From Iphione sp. A-MEVVRFRX5 (lineage: Eukaryota), in contig OZ320319.1 in assembly GCA_976226885.1 (NCBI GenBank), positions 91,822,001-91,886,000 on the forward strand: DNA of 64,000 nucleotides, read 5' to 3'. The position numbers and the translations under genes were made by a program. Of the stretch, positions 36,601-49,415 are shown piece by piece; positions within the stretch are counted from its first letter, which is position 1, and every line of letters starts with the position of its first letter. Below the pieces are notes generated by a model that saw only the letters and a program-made list of their open reading frames with translations, was not told the DNA's origin and searched no databases.

Positions 36601-37260
36601 TCGCTGCGGCGGTGCTCAAAACGGGACTGATACACACATCTCTACACATGCAGACTTGATGAGACCTGATATAAGTGGAAGAAAAATGGAGAACATAACT
36701 TACTTCGACTTTCTTCTTCTCTTTGGAGGAGGTGGAGCAGTGTGGGGTTTGGGTGCCTTGCTCACCGGCCTCACTCTAGGATTCACTACCCCGGCTGGCA
36801 GAGGGTCAGGGTAGTCGTCTGTTGGGCCATCGCCACCAACAAAATGCTGAAAGAAGACAAACTTTCCATTAAAATTTCATTATCAATTATTCTTTTCATT
36901 TCAATTATTTTTTCTATCACACATATAACTAGCATGACATAGATGACCTTCAAACTGTTAACAATGACAGTACTGACAGGTAGGATATCATGATTCACAC
37001 AAACTACACAGATATCACTTTCATCCAAATTATGTGTTATTAGACTAGACAGACATACTTACCTTGAAACAGACATATCTGTTGGTCTTGATTTTCTTCA
37101 CATTGAGTTTCTTGTGAGGCCGGCCACAGAGCTTGATCCACCTCATGCACTTCTCAAGCTCTGTGCCTGGTTTGGGGAAGGTCACCCAAGATAACCCTGC
37201 CATCCTCTCAGGGTACCTGCTATCATTCGTACATCCACCCCACTCGCAGTGTATAACCAT
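30657..37260 (-). CDS. THAP-HTH-DDE (HARBI1/DDE_Tnp_4-like) transposase, spliced
   Basis: Exon 1 (37260-37063): HCEWGGC..FPKP..WIKLCGR..YVCFK. Exon 2 (36846-36704) starts HF, completing the THAP C2CH finger. A candidate linker exon is 35506-35370. The last exon (31798-30657) has YTGL, LSRLRLG, ILDGT, MVDKGF, HVERAI. Phases 0/2/1 give an open 539-aa frame; the linker exon assignment is uncertain. Confidence 0.8.
32770..33245 (-). repeat. inverted array of the same 70-bp minisatellite, about 6.5 copies
   Basis: gggggtcaactggtggaactgtaacattcaactctgaggacgtccgaggtgcgtccgtgacaagtacaga is the reverse complement of the 28727-30603 unit. Confidence 0.95.
33350..33695. repeat. 24-bp CAG-rich minisatellite (GHLQQQQL/Q on the minus strand)
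   Basis: About 14 units of ggaggtgccc(cag/ttg)ctgctgctgct. Several frames are open, as expected for such a repeat. Confidence 0.9.
34252..35506 (-). CDS. candidate basic + coiled-coil + acidic ORF (two exons) inside the transposase intron
   Basis: Exon 35506-35370 (MPRGQPTPGRVRTAKWRA..AAKQRLRRARRKAA, phase-1 GTAAG donor) joins in frame to exon 34709-34252 (acceptor tatttcag; EQAYTLIRH..LLHEQLRMMQQKIVLVEEEVAALKLQ..SDDEEEE..stop). GC-rich and stop-free. Confidence 0.5.
34735..35310. repeat. 142-bp tandem array, about 4 copies
   Basis: Repeat-derived ORF starts at 34980, 35122 and 35264 give a period of 142. Each unit has two halves beginning gtaacattc. Confidence 0.93.
36266..36597. repeat. 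duplicated segment of about 125 bp (period about 205)
   Basis: acgtgacaaaatg.gagatgagtatagaagacatgtgtaag...gcccatacgcaactgtca occurs at about 36266 and 36471. Confidence 0.85.
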
Positions 37261-37600
37261 TTTGGGCTGTGACAAGTACACGGAATTAATAAAAAAGGCG
37301 AAAACTGTCTCGGACGATGCGTACGCGTGGTGCTGTCAGGACACTGTCACGGATGAGAAGGGCTTTGTTTGTCTATACCGGAAGCACGTGTACCGATTTC
37401 GAAACTGGCGCGCCAAACTAAGTCGTGCGCGCTGATTGGCCGAGACGCCTGTCACTCACGGAAAAGCGATCGGTGAATTAGGTCCTGGTGGTTTCCTTGG
37501 TCGAAAGGGTGGCAATGTTGGAACAATATCCTTATTGACGCCAGTAGCATCACTGCAGTATGGAATAAATGCATATATTTCTCATTACTGTAGTGCTTAT

Positions 37601-37668
37601 TACTGTAGTACAGTGGTTAGCGCATTTGCTTTTGGATCACATGGCCGGGGTTCGATTCCCCCACCAAC
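37601..37668 (+). other. tRNA-like (Pol III A/B box) sequence, antisense in intron 1 of piggyBac A
   Basis: cagTGGTTAGCGC (A box) ... ggGGTTCGATTCCC (B box). No complete cloverleaf. Confidence 0.65.
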
Positions 37669-38189
37669 CCAACAAATCAACAGTGATGACGAATCTATGT
37701 ACACATCACCTAGCATCATAATATTTCTACTTAATATCTAATTTAGGTATCAGTAGTTCTGTAATACCTTCAACATACGCTAAATAATTGTAGAAGGAAC
37801 TTAAACATATACTTTACTCACTTCACAACTTGCGGACTGTCCCCGGCTGGCCCTATGCCATGGGACATTACAACTTCATCATCTTCTTCCTCGATTCCTA
37901 TATTTCCATCGAAAAGTTCATCCAGCTCATCCTCTTCACCACTAGACATACCACTATTCTCATCGTTTTCTAATGCATTCTTTCCAACTCCACTCTCAAG
38001 GAGATCTTTGGCAATCTGAGCGGTCGATCTAAGTCGTCTAGCAATGATGAATCGTGACATGACAACATTCCGTCACCCATAGTTACGTCGATATATGTCA
38101 TAATCGACCAAACACAATGCAACCATGTTTTCCATATCAAGCAGATTGTCTTTATTCCAAATTTACAAATACCAGCTCATATACTGCTA

Positions 38190-41100
38190 AAATATACACC
38201 AAATTGTCATCAGTCAAAAATGACCGATTTTTCTATGGGTGGTCCTTATAGGGTTATATTTGGGTAACCTGGTTGGTTCCTTAGGAGTATAGCTAGAATG
38301 TCCACAACAATGTTGAACAAGAGGGGTGAGGCTGGACAGCCCTGATGGACCCCCTCCAAGGGGGAAATATTTTGTGGTATACCCATAATTGAGAATACAT
38401 GCTTCAGATTGAAAGTACAAAGATTTGACCATGTTGGTGAAGTACGGTCCCACACCAAAAAGGTGTAAGGCATATAGCAAGAAGTCCAAGCTTACATTGT
38501 CAAATGCTTTTGCAATGTCCATGGCTAGAATTGCGCCTGGGGTATTCTTATGTTGCCAATAATAAATTGTCTTGAATTATTCTATGAACAGTTGATATGG
38601 AACGTTTGGGCAAAAACCGACTTGTGTAGAAGACATATAGTGGGGGAGGGATTTCTTTAGTCTGGAAGCCATTAGAGAGGAGAATATTTTGTAATGGACG
38701 TTAAGGAGGGCAATTGGGCACCAATTCTCTGCATATCTCTTGTCTTTGTCTGCTTCTGGTAACAGTGAAATAATACTTTGTCTTTTGGTGGGGGAGAGGG
38801 AACCTTCCTGGAGGGCATACTGCAGGGCCTGAAAAAGAGGGGTTTGAAGGGAGGTCCGAAATTGCCTATAAAATTCAGTAGAGAGTCTGTCATTCCCGTG
38901 GGTCTTCTCCAGGCGCCGTTGTTTAAGGGCTTCCCTGATTTCTGAACGTGCGATTTTTCTTTCCAGGAGGTCATAGTGGTCTTTGGATAGTTGAGGGACG
39001 TTTGCTTCCCATCCAGGGGGACCTAGGAAGGAGAAAGAGGGAAGGGAGGGGAGAAAAACCGGGGCCTCGGTATCTTTGGGAGAAATGGTCATGGAGGTTA
39101 GCGTTAATTACTTTAATATTTGTGAGGAGTACCCCATTTTGAGATATAAGTGAAGAGATTGGTTTGTACTGACTTTTGACTTTTTCCATTCTGAGGAAGT
39201 ACCTTGACAGCTTTTCACCTGATGTAAACCACTTCAATTTAGACCTGAACAGGGTTGAAGCTCCTTGCTGAGTCTGAATATCCTTAACCTGGATTTTAAT
39301 TAACCAGGCAACAGTGTAGTCAGACCCAGGGTCCGACAGATCAATATCGGCCATTTTGGAGTCATACTCTGCAAGCAAGTTCCTCACCTGTTGATTTTCT
39401 TTTGTTTTTCTTACGAGCATAGTCAGTGGTGAAGCGGGCAATTGAGAATTTTTCAAAGTCCCATGCTGTCAGTGGGTTACTATTTTGTACGTTCGCAGTT
39501 TTATACCACTCTGGAATAGATTTGTTAATTATTTCACAATATGCATCATCATGTAGTAAATGGTTGTCAAATTTCCGTAGTCCTTTTCCCTTAAGGGTCA
39601 GTTCAATATGAAAAGTACGAGATAAAGCTCTGTGGTCAGTATGTGCCACTGTGATTAATTTAATACACGAAACCTGTGGAGAGATGTCCTTGGATACCAT
39701 TATATAGTCTATTCAAGAGGCTTGTGTGATCCATCTATTTTGTCAGGTAAAACCCTACCCTTTTCCTGGTGTACAGGACCAAGTGTCAATAAGATCATTC
39801 ACTGCTAAAACCTCTTTGAGTTTCTTGGTTGGCTGATGGAGATTCGTTGTTGCGAGTCGTCAGCAGGTTGAAAGGCTGGGAGTTGGTTAGTCATATACGT
39901 TTGAATTTCACCTGAAATGTTCAGTTGTAATTCCTGAAAAGATTGAGGTGGTAAGTATACAGACAACACATGAAACACAGAGCCCAGAAGAGATAATTGA
40001 ATATGTATAAAATGACCCTCTGCATTACTATAGACCTTCTGAACCTGGATAAACTCTGATGTTTTGAGAAGTACCAATGTACCCGCTCTCATGGTCGAGC
40101 CGTAGGAGGAGAGCCAGTCACCTTTCCATTGGGATGACCAGAACTGGACGTCTGCTAGTGAGCTGTGAATATCTTGGAGGACGATTAAATCATAGTTGCC
40201 CAAGATGGCCAAAATGGCCTGATGTTTGACTGGATCATGTAGCCCTCTAACGTTGAGAGTCAGCAGGCATAAGTAGGGGAGCATAACCAAGAAGTTATGC
40301 TGGATTCTTGGCGGGTGTGTCATCCTCTGCCAGCCAGGTATGGATGTCCATTAGGTGACGTCCTACATAGTTCTTGTCCTTCCACATCCTTATATTCAGG
40401 GCGTCTCCTGCCCAAAAGGCAGTCTAATGCCCCATTTCTTGTTCACTGAGGCCCAGGAGAGGTGTTTCCGTTTGTAGAAGGAGTTGCTTTGTTGATTCGT
40501 CTGTCCAAATTCTATGCTTGAGTGCTGGGACCAGAATAGCAGACTCGTGGTTGTCTTCTGGGTCATATTCTTGTAGGGTGTATAGAAGCTGGAAGAGTTG
40601 TCTTTTGCTTTCCGCATACATGGCCTTATAGCGGAGAGCATGCAGACAGAGGTTGTCAGCAAGGCGAATGACCAAATATTGGGGGAGTGATTCATAGTTT
40701 CCATCTCGCACCAGGAGATGTGTGGGATATTCCAGTGAGAATGGATGGTTGGCTCCAGCAAATAAATAGACAGCATCACTTTCCTGTGTGGAGAGAGTAC
40801 CGGGGCATAGTAGATATTGAAGTGTGTGCCAATTTTTACTATCATAGGAGTGCCCATCCAGTCTGATAGTAAAGTCTTTGACCCTAACTGAGGTAAACTG
40901 TTGGGTCTCTCTGTCAGCTCTGGCAATCCCATGTAATACATCCAGCCTACCCCTGTGTTCCACCTCCATATCTTCCCTGATCCATATCCTTAGCCTTTTA
41001 TATTTTTTCAATTCCATTTTATGTTGCCTGTTTATGATTCTGTATTGATTTAAACCTGGCTATTGCTGGTCTGTTTTTCAGATTATCAGATCCTAGCCTG

Positions 41101-41880
41101 TAAGCCGGTCAAGTGGAAGTCCTTTGATTCCCATCGCGTCATGAAATAGACCCTCCAATCTCCTCTGTAAAGCTTCTACTGTCTCTTGCGAATCCTCAGG
41201 GATACCATTGAATATTAAGTTAAGACATCTCGCAAGTTTCTCTTGACACAGCGCTAGCTCTTTATCAACCTCTACCCTTCATTGTAATAAGGTAACATAG
41301 GAATTCTTATTGAAAATTTGGCGGTCGTGGTCGTCTATAAATTTGTTAAAAGTGTCCGGTTTGGTCTCATATTGAGTCTGGGTTTCTGCATGGAATTTGA
41401 TATTAGCTGCATTTTCATCGTTTGGGTAAGTAACAAGTGAAGTTTTTCCATTATTACCTTCATGTCATTATTCACAGGCTTTGTTCATCAGGGTTATTTG
41501 CTGGTGGTTGAGTGTGTTTTCCTCCTTACTACCGTTTTCTTCAGGATCACTGTCTCATAAGCTCTGTTTAACCGAGGTGAACTGTTTTTAACATGTCAGT
41601 GTCTTCTTGGCGTTGGAAACTGGAGCGGGGAAAGATGGCAATTGTTGTTTCATCCCAGGCGCGTTTCAGTGTCTGCGACTGGGAGTCCATCTCTGTTTCT
41701 TCCTCCTCGTCCAGAGTCGTGAGTGATGCTCCAGCCAGGGCCACATAGCTGTGGTCAGACGGTTAAATATTTCTTCTTGCCATAAATCTTGACCATTCTC
41801 CTTCACTAGATCTGGAGCTATGGGATTTACCAATGTTCGATGTGTTAATTTCTGAGCATGTAGAATACAAGATGGCAGTA
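38190..41880 (-). mobile_element. L1/Tx1-clade non-LTR retrotransposon, degraded and 3'-truncated
   Basis: ORF1 remnant NLIFNGIPED..DR (about 41200). ORF2 from 40284 has the APE motifs TLNVRGL, LQDIH, SVYLP, TDHRAL; a linker RSKLKWFTSGEKLSRYFLRMEK; and RT motifs EFY, PIALLNVHYKIF, DIAKAFDNV, GVHQGCPASPLLF. It ends at a decayed FxDD near 38210. Confidence 0.9.
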
Positions 41881-42913
41881 ACGCTTAACCAAAGTGGTGT
41901 GGTTGACCTACTTTCAAGGACATTTCAAGGTCCTAATTATATTCAGCGACACATCACATAAATTATCATAAGTGCAAAGTCCTTACTCATTCCGTGTCAA
42001 ATTCCATGAAATTTGTGGTGAGATGGGCGAAAATTTGGGGTCAGGTAATATCCATGGTCCTTCCTACAGGTGTTTCCTGCTTTTTTCACAAATTTGGTTG
42101 TCATATTCCGCCGAAAATGTAGAAAAGGCATTAGCACTTCAGGGGCTAGTCCATACCATAGCCACCCAAAACCGGAACCTGGGAAGGGTAAGTCTCCTGG
42201 TAATGTTCCTGAGTATTTATGTTGTTGAAAAAAAAATGGAGAAATTGATTATATGTGACTGGCGTGGCATGATCTGTCGAAGGCTCAACATGAGTCACCT
42301 GTACTGGTGGTTCTTGTGGGGAGGAGGGTGGAGGGAAATTAATTTGGCATAGTTGTAAGCATGCAGAATCAATGTGATTGTCATGAAAAACGAGAATTTT
42401 TATTATTAATACGTACAAATTGGTTTTACCAATGGGGTTGATAAGATTAATCGAGTCTTGCATGGACAGAAAAACTATTTACAGGAAGATTTGGGCAGCG
42501 GCCAAGGTATGATTTATTTTTCTAGATGATTGATTGACTGAGTGTCCAATATAGTAATAAGATATCAGTAACCATTCAATATTTAACAACACTGTTGAAT
42601 GCCTGACATTTTGGTGGAAAGATCGGTGGTGAAAATCCAACCTACATCTAACCTGCAGAAGTCATGGAGGCAGTAAGAAGCATGTTTCAAGATGAAGAGG
42701 CTGGTCGCTATAACAACTAATATGTTGGCAAGCCAAGGGTAAGCATAGAACATGTCTGGTGATTAACCTCTGCAGAAAGCATTGCAGAGAGTTGATGCAG
42801 TAACAGCGTATGTAACTGAAAAGCTGCAGTTGTAGCAAAAACGACTAGAATAAAGTCAATAAAGTTCAAAGTATGAGTTGTTTCAGTTTTCTTTTCCATA
42901 GTAGTTCCAGCAT

Positions 42914-45470
42914 TCACTGGACAAGCCTGCGGGATTGCAGGATAGTTGCACGCCTGTCATCAAGGGAATGCCACTCTGCAAAGTAGTTACGGTCAGCTGT
43001 CATGCAGAAAGCCATGTTGCATTTCTCATGAGCACACATCCATATGCTCCTTCGTTCCATGCCATGGAGGAGATAGCACAGCCTGCAATTCTGTCGGTGA
43101 TCCAAGTGTTTTGGAACATGCATAGTGTGAAGGACTGAATGTTCACACTGTCATCCTGTAGGTGCTGCAACAGGGAACTCCTCATCATCTGCTATGCCGC
43201 CGAGCTCTCTGACAAGCTGTGTCACACCTGATACATAATGCAAAGTATTAGTATGTGAAGTGATCTTTGTACATAATGTGAGAGGTTTTGTGTCAGAGAT
43301 GCATGAAATAATGTGGCAATATACTTGACTAACACACTGTAGCATCACTAACCAGCACTGGCTTGTCTTCCTCATCATTGTGCTCTCTCTACAATTGCTT
43401 GTAAATTATGTGGCTGTTGACAATGGCGATATCCAACAGGTGGAAAAAAGAGTCTTCCACCACCTGTAAGTCAGCAGCAATTGATCAGACAAGTCAACAG
43501 CACCCATCTGTTTGTTTTAGTCCATGATGGCAGACGGCTTGCAGACCATTACAGGATGGAAGTTCCCTGCTGGCTCTTTCAGGTTTCTTTTTACCATTTC
43601 AAAGTCGTGACCTCTGTGCATGGTTGAGCAGATGTTAACATGTTTTGTCCATCCACTAAATGAGCACCATGCCATTCTGTTGTACATAGCGCATGTCCCA
43701 ACGACGGGATTTCCTTATCCAGGCCTTATCTTTCAACACCTGCAACAGTAGCTGTGAATATGTCAAGCCTACAGCAGCAGTGACGAATGCTAAATCAGAA
43801 AATTGCACCAACTGATTGTATTCACATCTAAACATGTTGAAGGTCAAATACCAGACAGCACACAATTCTGTTTGCATTGTCACTTAGTTAACTCACCTGT
43901 GGAAAGCCTCCCCTTGCAGGATTGATTATACCACAGACACCGACACCATCTTCACACAAGTAGTCGACGAGGGGTATGGAGGTATAAAAATTGTTGATAA
44001 ACAGTGCATATACCTGATTGAGGTAGTCTGCCATCAGCTACGTCACCACATCAAAGGCAAGCCCATGGGGGCCAGGGTTCTCGTGTTTTCCCGTATAAAC
44101 ACTGGAAAAACACAATGCAAGCATAAGTACTAACCAGAACCACATACAGCCCATACAACGAAGCAATGGTCATCATGCATGTCTTGATACTTATATATGT
44201 AATTGATTTTCACTAATTTGAGTAGGTGACTATTTCTCTTACAATTTGTACCCGAATCGGACGGGTTTCAATGGCATGTATTGCCTAATTCCTGAACGGC
44301 CTTTAGATTTGACCATTCGCTCATCAATGGCGATTCACCTGTCTGGCTGACTCAGCTCCTTGCATTTGACTTCATGTGTGTAAGCAATGGTTCCAACTTT
44401 GCCAGCTTTTGAGTAGGGGCCTCTTGGGGTCTGCAACATGTAGTAAAGCTAGGAGTGCATTGAATCTGAAAAGATTAGACACCAAAGAAATGTTAGACAT
44501 CAGTTGAACCACTTTACATGCCAAGCTCAGACACATCTGTATGATTTTAACATGGCAGTCCATAATACCGTTTTACACTGTACCTATTTCATGCCAGGAA
44601 ACGTCTCGCCCATCCTCCATTATACAGGAATGTTGTTGACCAGTATCTATGTATATCTGGTAGTTTGTGGAACCCCATCATTATGAGGAGCCCAAGGAAA
44701 GCCTGCATCTCCTTTGGGGTAACCTCCTCCCATGCACCGTCAGCTTTCTTTGCATATGTCAGCTTGCTGTGTACATGCCACCAGGCATATGTATTCGTGT
44801 TGGGGCTTAACCCCTATCAAAGGAAGAAGAATCCAAAGTGTAATTCAACAACTTATGAACGCATATGCAATAGAAAAGAATGTCAATGTGGAATGAATGC
44901 GTCAGGAACAGGGTTGGAACCACTTGCTGGCCATCCACATTTATCATCAAAATTAGCATATATTTCAAGAACACTTGACAATTGGACAGTATTTCACAAT
45001 AAATATTTGTCATTAACTCAATCTACCTCAAATACTACAGAGAAAACTAGTAATTCCTATTCACTTACATCTTTGACATACTTGATCCGCTAGGTTGTCT
45101 TCTGCTAAAATTCGCATCACTTCCATCCTCGGTCTCATCACTTATCAAATTCCTGCTAAATCTGCATCAAACATGTCTTCCTCATCTTCAGAAAGAACTT
45201 CCACGGTTGTATTTCTAAATCTATCAGGGTTGATTTCCTTCAAAATCATTTGGCGACTTTCAGCTTCGCTTCACCTCGGTCTGTCCATGGTTGCCCAAAG
45301 GCGGCAAGAACGACAAGTTATCCAGACAAAATCAAAAGAAGTCAAACTAGCTTTTTTCCATAATTTTTATTCCACGCATCACAATAATTGTTTTTTTTTC
45401 GTCATTTCTGTCATTAAAAAAAACACATCTTTATCCTCAAATCGCCCATTGGCTATCTAAGCCAAGAGAC
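42914..45470 (-). pseudogene. piggyBac-like transposase copy D, degraded
   Basis: ATG at 45288 (MDRPR..). Motifs: NTYAWWH..EMQAFLGLL; IAIDERMVKSKGRSGIRQYMP; VYTG..NNFYTS; C-terminal CRLCY..C..C..FC..WH. The 5' flank aligns with the first bases of copy B but lacks the TIR. Confidence 0.85.
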
Positions 45471-46495
45471 TAGTATCTTTCACTATGTGAATACATTTTT
45501 TCAACAGAGATGTAAAGATTGTGAGAAGACAGAAAAGCTCCTAATGGCTGCTTCCAGTTTCCTGTTAGGCCATGCAACATGAACACACAGGCCTGATTTG
45601 CTACATATTTTGTTTTGCCTACTGGTCCCAAATCTTCAAAACCGACAACCTCATCCAAATGTTCAGAGTAATGTTAAGACTCTTTGACAGACATTTCATC
45701 ATACATTAGCACACAGGGCTTTGACATAGGATTACACTGATTTTTGGCATATGTGGATAAACCTTTGAACACTATTTCATGGAAACCAGTACTAATCTCC
45801 ATTTTTCGCATGGTACTCTTAAGGTTATTGATAGACGGTAGTACAAATATTTTCCTTAGAAGTTGATACAAAGCAGGACTTTTATGGTACAAACTGAATG
45901 TGACTTTTTTGTCATGTTCAGACCATCATCTACCACGTTTGGGAAGCTTTACCAACAGTAATTTGCCTCTTGACAAAGAGAAATGCTTCTTCTGATAATT
46001 TTGCTTGCAAATGCCTCAAAATGACAAAGAAATGCTTCTTCAGATAATTTTGCTTGCAAATGCCTCAAAATCGCTTCTTTACTTGGACTTTGGACCTTAT
46101 GAAGTATATTCTTTAATCTGTGCACCTTAGGTTGAGGAGCCTGATTCCTTTCAAAAGCTTGAGATTGCTAGAAGACATAGGACTTTTCATTTCCATCATC
46201 ACATATGGATGATCAAAGGCTATTACTGACAGTGATGCTGGTACATTAGTGACACATGACCTGTTACCTTAACACCTTCCTGACCGCTCATAGGCTTATC
46301 CGCCACTTTGGGTGGATAAGGATCTCGTCTAAACCAGTAAGAAATTGTGCAATTTTTTGTTAATAAACATATACAATGGGCTTAAATATTATTTTAAAGG
46401 AAATAAAGGAAAAGAAGAAAAAAGTGTTTTTGTCATTTAATATATACATGGATAACAAGAAGCGTTCTGTCCGTCTGCCGCGCCAAGTGAGTACG

Positions 46496-49415
46496 ATGGA
46501 TAGGCCTCGTAGGTCTGCTGCTGAGCGGGCGAAAGTATCAATTTCTTGTGGTTACACTGCCTCTGTTGTTGAAAACCAACACACAACGTGCTTAGCACCA
46601 GAGGAAGAGGATATTCTTGATGATGAGCTGGCTGGTGAAGAAGTTCTCATAGGCTCCACCAACAATGATACGGAAGATGTGGACAACCATGTGTTTACTT
46701 TCGGTTCAAATATGTCGAAGACGTAAGTCTTACCATTATTTATAGTTATTAATGGTTAAACAAAGTAAAAATCATAAATTATATGTTCCATCATGGCTTT
46801 GATATGTTATATTAAGTTAGAAATGAGCTATCACCTTTTCTTTCTATGAATGGGAAAATTGGAAAAATGTCACCTGCAGGGGGTTCGAACCCAGTACCTC
46901 TCATTCAGTGGCAAAAGACGTTACCACTGCGCCACTGAGTTCCATCACCAGCAGCGCGTAACATGGCTACATATACTAACTGTGATAGCTTCTTGGCCAA
47001 ATTTAAAGGCAGGATGTAACAGAATTTTTGTCATATTTATTTAAATATAATACATCAATGAGTAATATTTTTTCATGTTTTTTTTCCAGGTATTATTCGT
47101 ACAATGACGCTGAGGAGAAACCAAGTGTCCCAGAATTTGCCCCTAACCGCCCCATAGGACCCCATCTACCTGGAGCTACTCGAACTCACAATCCATACAC
47201 CAGAGCTGTGGATTTCTTCTGTCTTTTCTTCTCTGAGGCAATGATTCAGGTTGGTTATGATTTCTGTTTTATCCAAATTCATGTTTGTCATTTCCTATCA
47301 GACTATTCATACCAAACAATGTGGTAAGTATGAAAGTATCACAACATTTTTCTTATGTCTTTACAGTTGTTGTGTGACCACAGCAATACATACGCGTGGT
47401 TACATATCCTCGATAAACCCACCTATGGAAACCCAGACAGAGCATGGACAAACATCACCACCGATGAGATAAAACGATTCCTGGCACTCCTCATCATGAT
47501 GGGTTTTACGAGCCACCCTGACATTGCAAGATACTGGGCAACCCATCCTCTCTACAGTGGGGGATGGGCCAGGAGATTCCTGTCAAGGAACAGGTAATTG
47601 TCTGCATCTGAACAAATGAATTTATACATGCTCGGTTCTGCACCTTATGTCTGCAGTTGACAAGTATGAGAACTACTGTAGTGGTTGGTCTAATGAGAAT
47701 TATTTCCTGACACATTTACATAGCTTCAAAGCACTGCTGGCCTTTCTTCATGTTTCCAACCCTGGTGAGCATGATCCTGATAACAAGCTGTGCAAGTTGG
47801 AGCCCCTGTTGCAACACATCAGGACTGTATGTGCCGACCTCTTCCAGCCCAATAAATCAATTGCCATAGACGAGAGGATGGTGAAGTCCAAAGCAAGGTC
47901 CGGGATCAGGCAATACCTACCACAAAAGCCTGTTCGTTTCGGATATAAATTGTGGTGTGTTTGCAACTCGGCTACTGGCTACACATTGGACTTCAAGTGA
48001 GCACAATATACAGTCAGTCGAAAAAAAGAATGGACGTTTATAAGTGCGCATGTATGATTTGTTTGTCTAAACAAGGTACATTGCTCAAATCGATATGAAG
48101 GACTGTACATAAGAGGTACAATTTATAACTTTGTTGTTCTTCCAGTGTGTACACGGGTAAACGTAAGCAACCTAGCAAAATTGGACTTGCCTACGATGTT
48201 GTCATGACACTCATGGCCAAGTACAAGCAACAAGGCTACAACCTTTATGTTGACAACTTCTACTCTTCAACTCATCTGTTCCAAGCCCTGCATGCGGATG
48301 GTGTTGTTGCTTGCGGCACCATGCAGCAAACAAGGAGAGGATTTCCACAGGTATGTAAATGAAATGTCACTTGTTACTGCTTACTAGAAACATGGGCCTC
48401 TTCTGCCAATATTGTTGATCTTACCCATCATACAAAAGACCCATGAAGATAATTCGATGGTAATTTATTTCATTTCCTCTTGTATAGGAACTGAGAGATA
48501 AGGCATGGCTCAAGACAGCAACGAGAGGCAACATGAGATGGGTTCGAAAGGGAATTCTCTTGTTCCTTCAATGGGTAGACACGCGTGCAGTGCAAATCTG
48601 TTCGAGCATCCACAGAGGGGCAGACTATTACATGGTGCAGAGACGGATGAAAGACCCAAAGAGAAACTATAGGCCAATCATAATCCGAAAACCAGCAGCC
48701 CTCATGGACTACTGCAAACAGATGGGCGGGGTCGACCTGTCCGACCAGTTGATACAGCCGTACAACATCCTTATGAAATGCCACCGGTGGTGGAAAACCT
48801 TATTTTTCCACCTGATAGATGTTGCGGTTGTAAACAGTTTTGTACTGTTCAAGCAGTGGAGGGATGTACATCCAGACGATCCACGAATGAAAAGACCTGC
48901 AGGTGCTTGTTATAAATGTTTCTTTATTCTTCGTTGTGTTCATAACAAAACCTAATAACTTGCAACTACGAATTTCTGAACAGTTAATATAAACCCGGAC
49001 CATATGGAACAGTCATTATTTCAAGAACTGTTTTGCATTTATATTTCTATTCTTAGGCTTCTCTCAGCTGGCATTTCGAGAAGAGCTATGTATGCAACTT
49101 GCAGACATCACAGATGAGGAGACGACACCGGTTGCCACCAACACAAACAAGGCAATCTACCGAACAGCATTCCACACGGCCCACATCCCCATCCATACTG
49201 ACCGAAGGCAGAACTGCAAACTCTGCTATGTGATAGATGGCAAGGAGTGTCAATCTCGGTGGCTCTGCAGGCATCCATACTGCCAAATTCCTCTCTGTAT
49301 GAATGCAGAGAGGAACTGCTTTGAGACATGGCACTCCCCTTCATTTGATGACAAGAGGCATCTCATTATTGCGGCCTGCCGCCGTTCTGGTCCACACAAG
49401 GTTGATGAAAGTTAG
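46496..49415 (+). CDS. intact 7-exon piggyBac transposase (621 aa; 637 aa from the ATG at 46448)
   Basis: Exons 46496-46722, 47090-47249, 47367-47593, 47724-47996, 48146-48350, 48488-48902 and 49057-49415 are all GT-AG, phase-compatible and stop-free. Catalytic motifs IDERM, VDNFY and GGVD are present, plus a C-terminal cysteine-rich finger. Confidence 0.92.
46873..46940 (-). other. tRNA-like sequence, antisense in intron 1 of piggyBac B
   Basis: Reverse complement: ctcagTGGCGCAGTGGtaacgtcttttgccactgaatgagaggtactgGGTTCGAACCccctgcagg. The A and B boxes are intact; the anticodon stem is not paired. Confidence 0.75.

Larger units (their letters stand above)
26793..37476. mobile_element. ISL2EU/IS4EU-like (PIF/Harbinger-related) DNA transposon, 10,684 bp
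   Basis: TIR TCACCGATCGCTT(C/T)TC..GAGT at both ends, with a 2-bp AT duplication (26791-26792 and 37477-37478). The empty site restores the piggyBac A frame (gga cct aat ttc). It encodes a THAP-HTH-DDE_Tnp_4-type transposase and a SWIM-YqaJ exonuclease, the known ISL2EU gene pair. Confidence 0.92.
25147..38060 (-). pseudogene. piggyBac-like transposase copy A, split in exon 2 by the ISL2EU-like element
   Basis: Exon 1 is 38060-37822 (acidic). Exon 2 is 37552-37479 plus 26790-26701 and rejoins as PFRPRKPPGPNFSDMVTTHG..AINFFGLF. Further exons carry EELKRYLGL, IDERMVRSKGRSGIRQYMP, DNFCTS, MGGVDLAD, RWWKT. Stops are present, and the 3' end and TIRs were not found. Confidence 0.85.

Noticed and set aside
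37601-37668. Functional tRNA gene call for the tRNA-like cassettes
   Set aside because: The acceptor and anticodon stems do not pair in any copy, so they are reported as tRNA-like only.
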